DNA from: Pristiophorus japonicus
Lineage: Eukaryota
Reading direction: 5' to 3'
Length of the DNA stretch: 64,000 nt
Assembly (NCBI RefSeq): GCF_044704955.1
Contig: NW_027250770.1
Span: forward strand, 1-64,000
The notes under the pieces were generated by a model. The model saw only the letters and a list, made by a program, of their open reading frames with translations, was not told the DNA's origin and made no database searches. This document shows, one piece after another, positions 46,459-58,728 of this stretch; position 1 is the first letter of the stretch, and each line of letters opens with the position of its first letter. A program made the translations under genes and the position numbers.

Positions 46459-46910
46459 CATCATCATCGTAGACAGTCACTTTAAATAGAGGAAGGCTTG
46501 CTCCCTCTAAAATGAGTTCTTAAGTAACTGAACAGTCCAATACGGAAATACAATCTCTGTCACACGTGGGACAGAGAGTGGTTGAAGGAAAAGGTGGATG
46601 GGGCTCGTTTGCTACACGCTCATTCTTACTCCTGCGCTTGGTCTCTGCATGCTCTCGGCGACGAGACTCGAGGTGCTCAATGCTCTCCTGGATGCTCTTC
46701 CTCCACTTCAGGCAGTTATGGGCCAGGGACTTCCAGCTGTTGGTTGGAATGTTGCATTTTATCAAGGAGGCTTTGATCGTTTCATTCAAAAGTTTTCTCT
46801 GCCCACCTGGGGCTCGCTTATTGTGTAGGAGTTCCGAGTAGTGCGCTTGCTTGAGAGTCTTGTGTCAGGCATCCGGAAGATGTGGCCCGCCCAATGGAAC
46901 TGTCCAGGAG
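46459..46910 (-). mobile_element. RTE/BovB-type LINE 3' fragment
   Basis: WAGHIFRMPDTRL, IKASLIKCNIP..WKSLA, CPTCDRDC. Confidence 0.85.
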
Positions 46911-46929
46911 TACCAGCATCGAAGCACTG

Positions 46930-47765
46930 ATAATACAAAGATAAGTGTGAAAGCATGTTGTGCGGAGGACGCAAAAATATGCAAAGGCATATAGATAGGC
47001 TAAATGGGTGGGCCACAACAATGGCAGATGGGGTATGATGTGGAAAATGTGACGTTATCTTCTTTGTTATGAAAAATAAATAAGCAAATTATTATTAAAT
47101 GGGGAGGGATTCCAAATTGCTGTTGTCCAGATTGGTCAATGGTTGTTGTACATAAAACACAGAAGGTTAGCATGTAGGCACAGCTAGCAATTAGAAAAGG
47201 CAGCAGAATGTCTGGCTTTATTTCAAGTGGGACAGAATATAGACGTCCTGCTACAACAATGCAGGTTGTCGATAAGACTACAGCTGGAGTATTGTGTACA
47301 GTTTTGGTCACTTTAGTTAAGGAAGGATTTACTTTCATTGGAGGCAGTTCAGAGAAGGTTCACAACGTTGATTACTCGGATGAAAATGTTGTCATAAGAA
47401 TAAAGGTTGAGCAGGATGGGTGTGTGTACATTGGAGTTTAGAAAACTATGAGGTGATCTTATTTAAATGTGTAAGATTCTATAGGGGCTTGATGGGGTAG
47501 ACGCAGAGATGATGTTTCATCTAGTGGGGGAAATCTAGAACCAGGGGACATAGGTTCAGAAAAACGGATCGCCCATTTAAATCACAAATGAGAAGCAATT
47601 TATTCTCTCAGGGGGGCGTGAATCTTTCGAATTCTCTTCGACAGAGAGCTGTGGAGGCAGCCTCCATGAATCTTATTAAATGGAGATAGACTGATTTTTA
47701 AACGAGGAGGGAGTTCAGGGTTATGTGGAGTGGGCACGGAAGTGGAGTTGTGGCCAAGATCAGAC
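46930..47765 (+). mobile_element. Degenerate CR1 3' fragment
   Basis: 'ctggagtattgtgtacagttttggtc', 'gaggtgatcttatt', 'agaaccaggggacatag'. Confidence 0.8.
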
Positions 47766-48519
47766 GTTCTTTCCAAAGACTCACGTCCAATCACAGAGGC
47801 GTGAGCGGAGTAAAATATTTGGCTCTTGGAATGAAATCCCTGGACCGACGTGAGAGCACTGGAAGTTAGGCGAACCTGCGAATTAAATTTCTCGACAGAG
47901 GTGGGTGTAGTGTAATGTAGGCGAACCTGGTCCTTAAATATCGAGACTGAGGGAGGGAGCAGTGTAATCTAGGGAGATGTTGGTGTGAACTCCTGAAGCG
48001 AGATGGGAGTCCTATCTGGGAAGTCCCATCATCGCATCACTGGAATCATCTCAGAGATCCTGAAGTTCATGAATATTTATTTATTGTGAATGCTTTACCG
48101 TTATTTTCTGTGATGCAATAATTCAGAAATCATAAAAGATTCCGTCCATTTTTAATTATTTTATTCCTTCCTTTTATCAGCCAATTTCTCCTCTTTTGTT
48201 CTCACTTGGAGTTGAATAGAGGAAGCGAAACTCTGTTCGCTCTGTTCTGTCCACGCTATGTTATAGCCGGGTAAATATCCGCTGATCATTTAGTTCCAGT
48301 CAGTGTCTCCTTTGTCACCATCTCAAGTTCTGCATTAATGGCAGTGCTTCTGATGGGTGGAACAGGATTTCAAGCATCATTAACATTCACAAATAAAATG
48401 TTCGTTCAGCCAGATTTCTTGAATTTATTTCCAATCTTTAATTTGAATTTGCAATTTGGTCCCATGCCGATCTGTCTCAGTTCAGTGCGTCTCTCAGCGA
48501 GAAACAGAGTGGAAAAATC

Positions 48520-48870
48520 TGTTGCCTCCGGCTGTACACTCCTGATCTTTGGGCCCCTCGTGCGGAGCGGAGCGGGAGGTCAGAATCCTCATCGTCGGAC
48601 TGCTCCGGGACATGGCCAAGTGGACCATCAGCTGGTCCAGGCAGCGGACGGTCGAGAGGATCGTTCAGCCCGGCTGCCTCCCTCTCTTCCGCGGAAACGT
48701 TCAAGCCAAGGTTTCCCTGGAGATGGAGCACGCGGTGTCCACCGGAACGTACTCGGCCTTCCATGAGAGGTGGGTGCCGGAGGGACTGAAGTGCATCAAC
48801 AACACCGGCAAACATATTTAATTTGATTCTTCAATGGTAAAAGTGTAATTTGATTAGAGTTATCGGTTTT
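48520..48870 (+). mobile_element. Short Tx1-clade LINE 3' fragment (same family as 34216-35160)
   Basis: VQPGCLPLFRG.V.AKVSLEMEHAVSTGT..AF.ERW.PEGL.CI. Confidence 0.85.
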
Positions 48871-48887
48871 ATTGCACATATATGTCA

Positions 48888-50220
48888 TCGCAGCGCATTT
48901 GGAATGAGGTGACATGATAGGTCCAAGTCAGCATGGATTTGTGAAAGGGAAATCATGCTTGACAAATCTTTTGGAATTTTTTGAGGATGTTTCCAGTAGA
49001 GTGGACAAGGGAGAACCAGTTGATGTGGTATATTTGGACTTTCAGAAGGCTTTCGACAAGGTCCCGCACAAGAGATTAATGTGCAAAGTTAAAGCAGATG
49101 GGATTGGGGGTAGTGTGCTGACATGGATTGAGAACTGGTTGTCAGACAGGAAGCAAAGAGTAGGAGTAAATGGCTACTTTTCAGAATGGCAGGCAGCGAC
49201 TAGTGGATCTGTGCTGTCGTCCCAGCTGTTTACATTGTACATTAATGATTTAGACGAGGGGATTAAATGTAGTATCTCCAAATTTGCGGATGACACTAAG
49301 TTGGGTGGCAGTGTGAACTGCGAGGAGGATGCTATGAGGCTGCAGAGTGACTTGGATAGGTTCGGTGAGCGGGCAAATGCATGGCAGATGAAGTATAATG
49401 TGGATAAATGTGAGGTTATCCACTTTGGTGGTAAAAACAGAGAGACAGACTATTATCTGAATGGTGACAGATTAGGAAAAGGGGAGGTGCAACGAGACCT
49501 GGGTGTCATGGGACATCAGTCATTGAAGGTTGGCATGCAGGTACAGCAGGCGGTTAAGAAAGCAAATGGCATGTTGGCCTTCATTGCAAGGAGATTTGAG
49601 TAAAGGGGCAGGGAGGTATTGCTACAATTGTGCAGGGCCTTGGTGAGGCCACACCTGGAGTATTGTGTACAGTTTTGGTCTCCTAACTTGAGGAAGGACA
49701 TTCTTGCTATTGAGGGAGTGCAGCAAAGGATCACTAGACTGATTCCCGGGATGGCGGGACTGACATATCAAGAAAGACTGGATCAACAGGGCTTGTATTC
49801 AATGGAGTCAGAAGAAAGAGAGGGGATCTCATAGAAATGTTTAACATTCTGACGGGTTTAGACAGGTTAGATGCAGGAAGAATGTTCCCAATGTTGGGGA
49901 AGTCCAGAACCAGGGGTGACAGTCTAAGGATAAGGGGTAAGCCATTTAGGACTGAGATGAGGAGAAACTTCTTCATCCAGAGAGTGGTGAACCTGTGGAA
50001 TTCTCTACCACAGAAAGTTGTTGAGGCCAATTCACTAAATATATTCAAAAAGGAGTTAAATATAGACCTTACTACTAGGGGGATCAAGGGGTATGGCGAG
50101 AAAGCAGGAATGGGGTACTGAAGGTGTATGTTCAACCATGAACTCATTGAATGGCGGTGCAGGCTAGAAGGGCCGAATGGCCTACTCCTGCACCTATTTT
50201 CTATATTTTCTATGTTTCTA
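48888..50220 (+). mobile_element. CR1 LINE RT domain to 3' tail
   Basis: SQHGFVKGKSCLTNLLEFFE, KFADDTK; (TTTCTATG)-type tail. Confidence 0.95.
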
Positions 50221-50429
50221 TAATGAGGGAGCAATTCATATATAATTTAAATCAAAAATCGTTGTATTTCATGATAAACACCCCCAGCTGATTGTAACTT
50301 ATGTACTTAGAATATGAACAAACTTTCATATTTGCTCGTCTAATATTCTCTGTACAAGTGGAAACCAAAAGGTGAAAAGCTGCAGCAATTAATCTCTTCC
50401 ATTTGTGTTCAAAAATTATAAATATTCAT

Positions 50430-50764
50430 TTCAAGGACACCCTCAAAGCCTCCATATTAAAATGCAACCTCCCCACCGACACATGGTAGTTCCTAGCCAA
50501 AGACACCCTAAGTGGAGAAAGTGCATGCGGAAGGGCGCTGATCACCTCGAGTCGTCGCCGAGAACATGTAGAAACCAAGCGCAGGCTGCGGAATGAGCGT
50601 GCAGCAAAGCAGAGTCCCCACCCATCCTTTTCTTCAACCACTCTCTGTCCCGCCTGTGACAGAGACTGTAATTACCATGTTGGACTGTTCAGTCACCTGA
50701 TAACTCACTTTTAACGTGGAAGCAAGTCTTTCTCGATTTCGAGGGGCTGCCGATGATGATGATG
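50430..50764 (+). mobile_element. RTE/BovB-type LINE 3' end
   Basis: 'ttcaaggacaccctcaaagcctcc' through the (GAT)n tail. Confidence 0.85.
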
Positions 50765-50937
50765 TTACATAAGCATTTGGCGGCTCATTGACTGAGGGAT
50801 GGGTCGTCTGATTTAATGCTGATAAATGAATTTAGTTGGTGATTACCTTGTCAATGATTGCTAATTATTTTAGTTTGGAGTCTATTCTTTTCTCGAAATT
50901 AATGTTTAACTTACCTGTTTATTTCCCTGCCTGACAG

Positions 50938-51839
50938 TTAACATCCTGACGATTGTGATCCTGCCTCGTGGAAAGTGCGGTCTCTCCAGATGTGTCACTC
51001 GCTATCTGGTGGCCATGGCAGCGACGGATCTCCTGGTCATTATCCTCGACCTGATACTGAGGCACATTCCCATTCTTTATCAGAAAGAGTTCCATTTCGT
51101 GTATTCCTTCCCCGTGTGTAATATTCACGCCGTCTTACTTCACGCAGCCACAGACTGTTCTGTCTGGTTCACTGTCAGTTTCACCTTTGATCGCTTTGTG
51201 GCCATTTGTTGCCAGAAGCTGAAAACTAAATATTGCACCGAGAGAACGGCGGCTGTGGTTCTGGGAACCGTGACTTTGCTGAGCGGGTTGAAGAACATTT
51301 TCTGGTATTTTATGTTGACAAGTTTCTATAATCTTTCAAACATGCCCTGGTTTTGCTATATAACAATTGATGTTCTGAATTCACCGGTCTGGACAGCAAT
51401 CACATTCCTTCATTATATTCTCACCCCATGTGTCCCATTTGCTCTGATTCTGCTGCTCAATGCTGTCACCGCCAGACATATTATATTGGCCAGCAGAGCC
51501 CGCAGGCAACTCCGGGGTGCCAGCAGTGGGGAGTGTCCCAGTGACCCTGAGATGGACAGCCGCAGGAATTCCATCATTTTACTGTTTGTTATCTCCGGCA
51601 ATTTCATCCTGTTGTGGGCGGTGTTTATGGTGCATTCTATATGGATCCAGATGTACTATTTGGGCTATGATTCTGTATATATACCTTTTTATTTAATGGA
51701 CATTGGATTCATGCTGCAGCTGCTGAGTTGCTGCACAAACATGGCAATTTATGCCGTGACCCAGACTAAGTTCAGACAACAGTTGAAGAATGTAGGGAAA
51801 TATCCCTTCACACTGATTCTGAAATTAATTAAACGATGA
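50938..51839 (+). CDS. GPR139-like class A GPCR, exon 2 (end of TM1 to TM7 and stop); spliced product 360 aa
   Basis: GACAG| acceptor, (V)NILTIVILPRGKCGLSRCVTRYLVAMAATDLLV, TFDRFVAIC (DRY variant), CCTNMAIY (NPxxY variant); six further hydrophobic helices; intact ORF. Matches my recollection of a GPR139-like family expanded in sharks; probably not the true GPR139 ortholog. Confidence 0.9.
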
Positions 51840-52029
51840 GAAGACGCAGAAACGTTCCTGCATCAGACTCCCTGTGTCCTGATATTGTGGGCGAGCTGCT
51901 CTCCCCCGCGTGACCAGTGATTCGCGTGAATAATAACACTCTCACTCACACACTGTCTGCAACGGGCGCCCTGTGAGGGGCCTGCAGTCCGGGTGAATCA
52001 CCATCAGCATCATAGGCAGTCCCACGAAA

Positions 52030-52720
52030 TATAGAAACATAGAATCATGGAACATAGGTGCAGGAGTAGGCCATCCAGGCTTCCGAGACTGCACCACCGT
52101 TCAATCAGAACATGGCTGGTCATTCACCTCAGTACCCCGTTCCTGTTTTATCTCCATACCCCTTGATCCATCCGTAAGGGCCATATTTTGAATATATTTA
52201 ACGAATTGGCATCAACAACTCTCTGTGGTAGTGAATTCCACAGGTTAACAACTCTCTGAGTGAAAAGGTCTCTCCTCGTCTCGGTCCTAAATGGCTTACG
52301 CATTATCCTTAGACTGTGACCAGTAGTTTTGGACTTCCCCAACGTCAGAAACATTCTTTTTGCATCTAAACTGTCCAGTCCCGTCAGAATTGTATATGTT
52401 TCTAAGAGGTTCCATCTCATTCATTTAAACTCCAGTGAATGCAGGCTCAGTGGATCCAATCTCTTCTCATTGGCCAGCCATGGCATCCCGGGAATCAGTC
52501 TGGTGAACCTTCGCTGCACTCTCTCAATAGCAAGATCGTCCTTCCTCAGATTAGGACACCAAAACTGATCATAATAATCCAGGTGATGCCTCACCAAGGC
52601 CCTGTACAACTGCAGTAATACCTCCCTGCTCCAATACTCAAATGCCCGAGATATGAAGGCCAACATGCCATTTGTCTTGTTCACCACTTGCCAACTTTCA
52701 ATGACAAATGCACCATGACT
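52030..52720 (-). mobile_element. CR1 3' fragment
   Basis: NGMLAFISRAFEY..EVLLQLYRALVR..; FTQRVVNLWNSLPQ. Confidence 0.9.
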
Positions 52721-52724
52721 CCCA

Positions 52725-54940
52725 GGTCTCGCTCTCTCGCTCTCTGGCTCTCTCTCTTTGTCTGTATCTCTTTCCCTCTCGATATATCTCCATCTCTCTC
52801 GATCTGTTTCTAGCTCTCCCTCTCTCTCTCTGTGCCTGTCTCTCGCTCTCTCTCTCTCTCTGTCTTTCTCTGTCTTTCTCCCTGTCGCTCTCTCTCTCCG
52901 TCTTTGTTTCTCTCTCGTTCTATCTTTCCCTTTCTCTCTGTCTCCCTCTCCCTCTGTCTCTGTCTCTCTCTCTCTGTATCTCTCCCTGTCTTTATCTCTG
53001 TCTTTCCCTCTCTCTCTATCAATCTCTGTCTCTCTCTGACTATCTTTCTCTGTCACTCTGTGTTTCTCTCTCTGTCTTTATTTCTGTGTGTCTCTCTCTC
53101 TGTANNNNNNNNNNNNNNNNNNNNNNNNNNNNNNNNNNNNNNNNNNNNNNNNNNNNNNNNNNNNNNNNNNNNNNNNNNNNNNNNNNNNNNNNNNNNNNNN
53201 NNNNNNNNNNNNNNNNNNNNNNNNNNNNNNNNNNNNNNNNNNNNNNNNNNNNNNNNNNNNNNNNNNNNNNNNNNNNNNNNNNNNNNNNNNNNNNNNNNNN
53301 NNNNNNNNNNNNNNNNNNNNNNNNNNNNNNNNNNNNNNNNNNNNNNNNNNNNNNNNNNNNNNNNNNNNNNNNNNNNNNNNNNNNNNNNNNNNNNNNNNNN
53401 NNNNNNNNNNNNNNNNNNNNNNNNNNNNNNNNNNNNNNNNNNNNNNNNNNNNNNNNNNNNNNNNNNNNNNNNNNNNNNNNNNNNNNNNNNNNNNNNNNNT
53501 CTCTCTGTGTCTCTGAGTTTCTCTCTCTGTCTCTCTGTGTCTCTCTCCTGTCTCTTTTCATCTCTTTCTCTCTCTCTGTACTTCCCTCTATGCCCCTCTC
53601 TCACTTTATCTCTCTCTCACTAACATTATCTCTCTCTCTGTCTCCCTCTCTCTCTGTATTTCTCTGTATCACTCTCTTTCTCCCGATCTCTCTCTATCCC
53701 TCTCTCTCTCTTTGACTGTCTCTCCCTCTCTCTGACACTCTCTGCCATTCTCTCTCTGTCACACTCACTCTCTCTGTCTCTCTCTCTCTGTCTCGTTCAC
53801 TCGCTCTGTCTTTCTGTCTCGTTCTCCCTGTCGCTCTCTCTCTGTCTCTCTGTCTCTCTCTCTCTGTGTGTCTCTCTCTCTGTGTCTCTCTCTCAGTCTC
53901 TCTCTCTGTGTCTCTGCCTCTATGTCTCTCTGTGTCTCTCTCTCTATGTCTCTTTCTCTGTCTCTCCCTGTCTGTCAATCCATTGACTATCTCTGTCTCT
54001 CGCTAACTCTCTGACTCTTTCTATATCTCTCTCTCTCTGTCTGACTCTCTGTCTCGCTCTCTCTCTCTCTCTTTCGCTGACTCTGTCCCACTCTCTCTCT
54101 CCCTGTCTANNNNNNNNNNNNNNNNNNNNNNNNNNNNNNNNNNNNNNNNNNNNNNNNNNNNNNNNNNNNNNNNNNNNNNNNNNNNNNNNNNNNNNNNNNN
54201 NNNNNNNNNNNNNNNNNNNNNNNNNNNNNNNNNNNNNNNNNNNNNNNNNNNNNNNNNNNNNNNACTCTTTCTCCATATCTTTCCCCATCCCTCTCTCTCT
54301 TTGACTGTCTCTCCCTCTCTCTGACACTCTCTGCCACTCTCACTCTGTCAATTTCACTCTGTCTCTCTCTCTCTCTCCGTCTTGTTCACTCGCTCTGTCT
54401 CTCTGTCTCGTTCTCCCTGTCGCTCTCTCTCTCTCTCTGTCTCTCTGTCTCTCTGTCTGTCTCTCTCTCTCAGTCTCTCTCTCTCTGTCGCTCTCTCTAT
54501 GTCTCTCAGTCTCNNNNNNNNNNNNNNNNNNNNNNNNNNNNNNNNNNNNNNNNNNNNNNNNNNNNNNNNNNNNNNNNNNNNNNNNNNNNNNNNNNNNNNN
54601 NNNNNNNNNNNNNNNNNNNNNNNNNNNNNNNNNNNNNNNNNNNNNNNNNNNNNNNNNNNNNNNNNNNNNNNNNNNNNNNNNNNNNNNNNNNNNNNNNNNN
54701 NNNNNNNNNNNNNNNNNNNNNNNNNNNNNNNNNNNNNNNNNNNNNNNNNNNNCTGTCTGTCTCTCTCTGTCTGGATGTCTGTCTCACTCTCTGTCTCTCT
54801 CCCACTTGCTATCTCTCTCTCTCACTCTCCCTTTCTGTCTCTCTCTCCCTGTCTCTGTGTCTCTCCCTCTCTGTCTCTCTATCTGTATGTCTGTCTCTTT
54901 CTCTGTATATCTCTCCCTCTCTCTCTCTTTGTCTTTCTGA
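52725..54940. repeat. (CT)-rich complex low-complexity tract with three N runs
   Basis: Polypyrimidine + strand; N blocks at ~53105-53499, 54110-54263, 54514-54752. Confidence 0.9.
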
Positions 54941-55086
54941 AGCTCTCCCAGAACCACAGTGACAATGCACACACCGATCTTCAGTCATCCATTTTACATT
55001 TGTTAATGGTCACCATTTTATGTTAACACTGGGAGATTGATAACAGAGACCGACTACTCTCTAATTTAACGTTAGCTGCTTAAAGG

Positions 55087-55585
55087 TGTACCTGCCCTGG
55101 GAGTGTTTGATGGGACAGTGTAGAGGGAGCTGTACTCTGTATCTAACCCCCTGTACCTGACCTGGGAGTGTTTGATGGGACAGTGTAAAGGGAGCTTTAC
55201 TCTGTATGTAACCCCCTGTACCTGCCCTGGGAGTGTTTGATGGGACAGTGTAGAGGGAGCTTTACTCTTTATCTAACCCAATGCTGTACCTGCCCTGGGA
55301 GTGTTTGATGGGATAGTGTAGAGGGAGCTTTACTCCGTATCTAACCCCCTGTACCTGCCCTGGGAGTATTTGATAGGACAGTGTAGAGGGAGCTTTACTC
55401 TGTATCTAACCCCCTGTACCTGACCTGAGAGTGTTTGATGGGACAGTGTAGAGGGAGCTTTACTCTGTATCTAACCCCCTGTACCTGACCTGAGAGTGTT
55501 TGATGGGACAGTGTAGAGGGAGCTTTACTCTGTATCTAACCCCCTGTACCTGCCCTGGGAGTGTTTGATGGGACAGTGTAGAGTG
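55087..55585 (+). repeat. 65-bp tandem repeat array
   Basis: ~7.5 copies of the same unit. Confidence 0.93.
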
Positions 55586-56614
55586 AGATTATCTAACAGA
55601 CTGTTCCCTGAGCAGAATGTCGAACACCTTTGACAGAATGTCACATCGCCAGGGGATGGAATCAGACCCCCCTCGGCCTGTACTTGTTAATCTGCTTGTA
55701 TACATCGAGCCCCATGTACTGAAACACACCTGTGTTGTGTCATGTATAATGTCAGTTTCTGCACTGTTTAGTAACTTGTAAAGACATCTCAATGTATTCT
55801 CATCCGTTGCGTGTCCTGCTTCCATCGACACAGTGCTACCTGTAACGTGATTGGTGATGGGGATTGAAATGTATCCTGGAATGTAATGTAAACCTGTCCT
55901 TACCTGCTCCATGTAATACCCTTATTTACACAGTGCTACATGGAACAGCATTTACAGATTGGACTAAACTCCACCTTGAAATGAAATGTACGCTCGTATA
56001 TTGTATGGAAATGCTGTCAGCATCCAAATGAATTGTATGGAATTGCTGAACGCAATTTACTGAACTATTTTCCAATGTATTGTGAACATTTTCGAGGAAT
56101 AAAGTATATTTTTGAAATCTAAACCAAAATGGGATCTGTGAACAAACCTGGTTTGCCTGCCTGGGCTCGGGGCTTTGTGTATTGGTCCCAGTCTCCGGGT
56201 CCTTCATGTGTTTGAAGAGTTTGAAGTCAGTCACACCTTGTTGAACCATTTCATTCTTTCAGGGCATTGATGGTAAACAGCTTCAATCCTGTGTATCTGT
56301 GAGGGGGCGACACAATCGTATTTACACCTTATTCAAACCAACAAAACTTGGTTCCCCATGTCCTGCCCTGCGAAGATATCACACCGTTCCACAAAGCAGC
56401 ATTGTCTGAATCAGCCTTTGATCCCATATACTGCTCAATCTGAAACACTCACAGTTTTCAGATGGAGAAACGAGATTTAACCCACACATTCCAAGCCACA
56501 ATTGGATGGTTAGCAAATCAAAAATGTCCCAGAAATGTGATTTTTGCTGTGGGTTTAAACAGTCAGGCTGCAATATGTCAGGGTACTTTTCAATCAAGGA
56601 CACATCAGAATGGG

Positions 56615-57030
56615 AATGAGAGACAGGGAGAGAGAAAAAGAGAGGTGGACAGGAAGAAGCAGTGAGAGAATTAGGGATAGAGAGAGCGCGTTGGGAGAAA
56701 AGGGAAAGAAATAGAGAGATCAGAAATGGACAGCAGCAGAGACAGAGGAAAAAGTGAAAGAGAGATAGATGGATAGAAATTGGGAGCGAGGGAGAGAGTG
56801 AGGGAGCAAGACGGAGAGAGGGAGACAGAGAGACAGACAGAGAGCGAGAGAGAGAAAGGGACAGAGAGGGAGAGACACAGGGAGACTGAAAGAGAGAGCG
56901 AGAGAGAGAAAGGGACAGAGATACAAAGAGGGAGAGAGACAGTGACCCTGAAAGAGAGAGCGAGAGAGACAGAGGAACGGACAGATTGAGAGAGACTGAT
57001 AGAGAGAAACTGAGAGGGACAGAGAGAGTT
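56615..57030. repeat. (GA)-rich low-complexity tract
   Basis: Polypurine + strand. Confidence 0.85.
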
Positions 57031-57052
57031 GGGCATTTAATCTCCCACCACA

Positions 57053-57522
57053 CAGTCCCATCAAACCTCCCCAGGCAGGTACAGGGGGCTAGATACAGAG
57101 TCCCTCACTCTCGCTCTCTCTTTCAGTCTCCCTGTCTCTCTGTCAGTCTCTCTCTCTTTCTGTTCCTCTCTCACTCTCGCTCTCTACACTGTCCCATCAA
57201 ACACTCCCAGGGCAGGTACAGGGGGTTAGATACAGAGTAAAGCTCCCTCTACACTGTCCCATCAAACACTCCCAGGGCAGGTACAGGGGGTTAGATACAG
57301 AGTAAAGCTCCCTCTACACTGTCACATCAAACACTCCCAGGACAGGTACAGGGGGTTAGATACAGAGTAAAGCTCCCTCTACACTGTCCCATCAAACACT
57401 CCCAGGGCAGGTACAGGGGGTTAGATACAGAGTAAAGCTCCCTCTACACTGTCCCATCAAACACTCCCAGGGCAGGTACAGGGGGTTAGATACAGAGTAA
57501 AGCTCCCTCTACACTGTCCCAT
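57053..57522 (-). repeat. 65-bp tandem repeat array
   Basis: ~5-6 copies, C-rich on +. Confidence 0.92.
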
Positions 57523-58720
57523 ACAGAGAGGGAGAGACGGAATGAGATAGAGAGAGACTCAGAGAGAAGGTGAGAGAGCAACAGAAAGAGAGAGACAGAG
57601 AGACAGAGACAGAGAGAAAGACAGAGAGAAAGACAGAGAGAGAGAAAGACAGTGAGAGAGAGAGGGAAAGACAGATAGAGAGACAGAGAGAGACACAGAG
57701 AGAGATTGATAGGAGAGAGGGAAAGACAGAGATAAAGACACGGAGAGATACAGAGAGAGAGAGAGCGAGAGTGAGAGAGAGACAGAGAGCAAGGGAAAGA
57801 TGGAGAGAAACAGAGATGGAAAGAGAGAGAGGGAGAGAGAGAGTGGGAAAGATAGAGAAAGACAGTGAGGTAGAGAGAGACTGCGACAGAGACAGAGCGA
57901 GACAGAGAGCGAGAGAGACAGAGACAGAGACAGAGAGAGAGAGTGACAGAGAGAGAGATAAAGACAGATTGAGAAAGATAGAGAGAGACAGAGATATATA
58001 GAGAGATAGAGAGATACAGAGAGAGAGAGGGAGACCGACAGACACCGANNNNNNNNNNNNNNNNNNNNNNNNNNNNNNNNNNNNNNNNNNNNNNNNNNNN
58101 NNNNNNNNNNNNNNNNNNNNNNNNNNNNNNNNNNNNNNNNNNNNNNNNNNNNNNNNNNNNNNNNNNNNNNNNNNNNNNNNNNNNNNNNNNNNNNNNNNNN
58201 NNNNNNNNNNNNNNNNNNNNNNNNNNNNNNNNNNNNNNNNNNNNNNNNNNNNNNNNNNNNNNNNNNNNNNNCAGAAAAATACAGATACATGAAGAGGGAA
58301 AGAAATACAGACATAGAGAGCGATAGAGAGAGATACAGAGAGAAAGAGTGAGAGGGAGAAAGAGGGAGAACGCGAGCGAGAGAGTGACAGAGAGATAGAG
58401 AGGGAAAGATAGAGAGAGAGAGAAACAGAGATGGAGAGAGAGAGAGAGGGGGAGAAAGACANNNNNNNNNNNNNNNNNNNNNNNNNNNNNNNNNNNNNNN
58501 NNNNNNNNNNNNNNNNNNNNNNNNNNNNNNNNNNNNNNNNNNNNNNNNNNNNNNNNNNNNNNNNNNNNNNNNNNNNNNNNNNNNNNNNNNNNNNNNNNNN
58601 NNNNAGAACGAGGAAGAGACAGAGAGAGAGAGACACAGGGAGTGCGAGAGAGAGAAAGAGACGGAGAGAGAGAGCGAGAGGGAGACAGAGACAGAGAGCG
58701 AGAGAGAGACAGAGAGAGAG
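57523..58720. repeat. (GA)-rich complex tract with N runs (duplicated at 63034-64000)
   Basis: 'catacagagagggagagacggaatgagatagagagagactc' starts both copies. Confidence 0.88.
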
Positions 58721-58728
58721 CTAGATTG

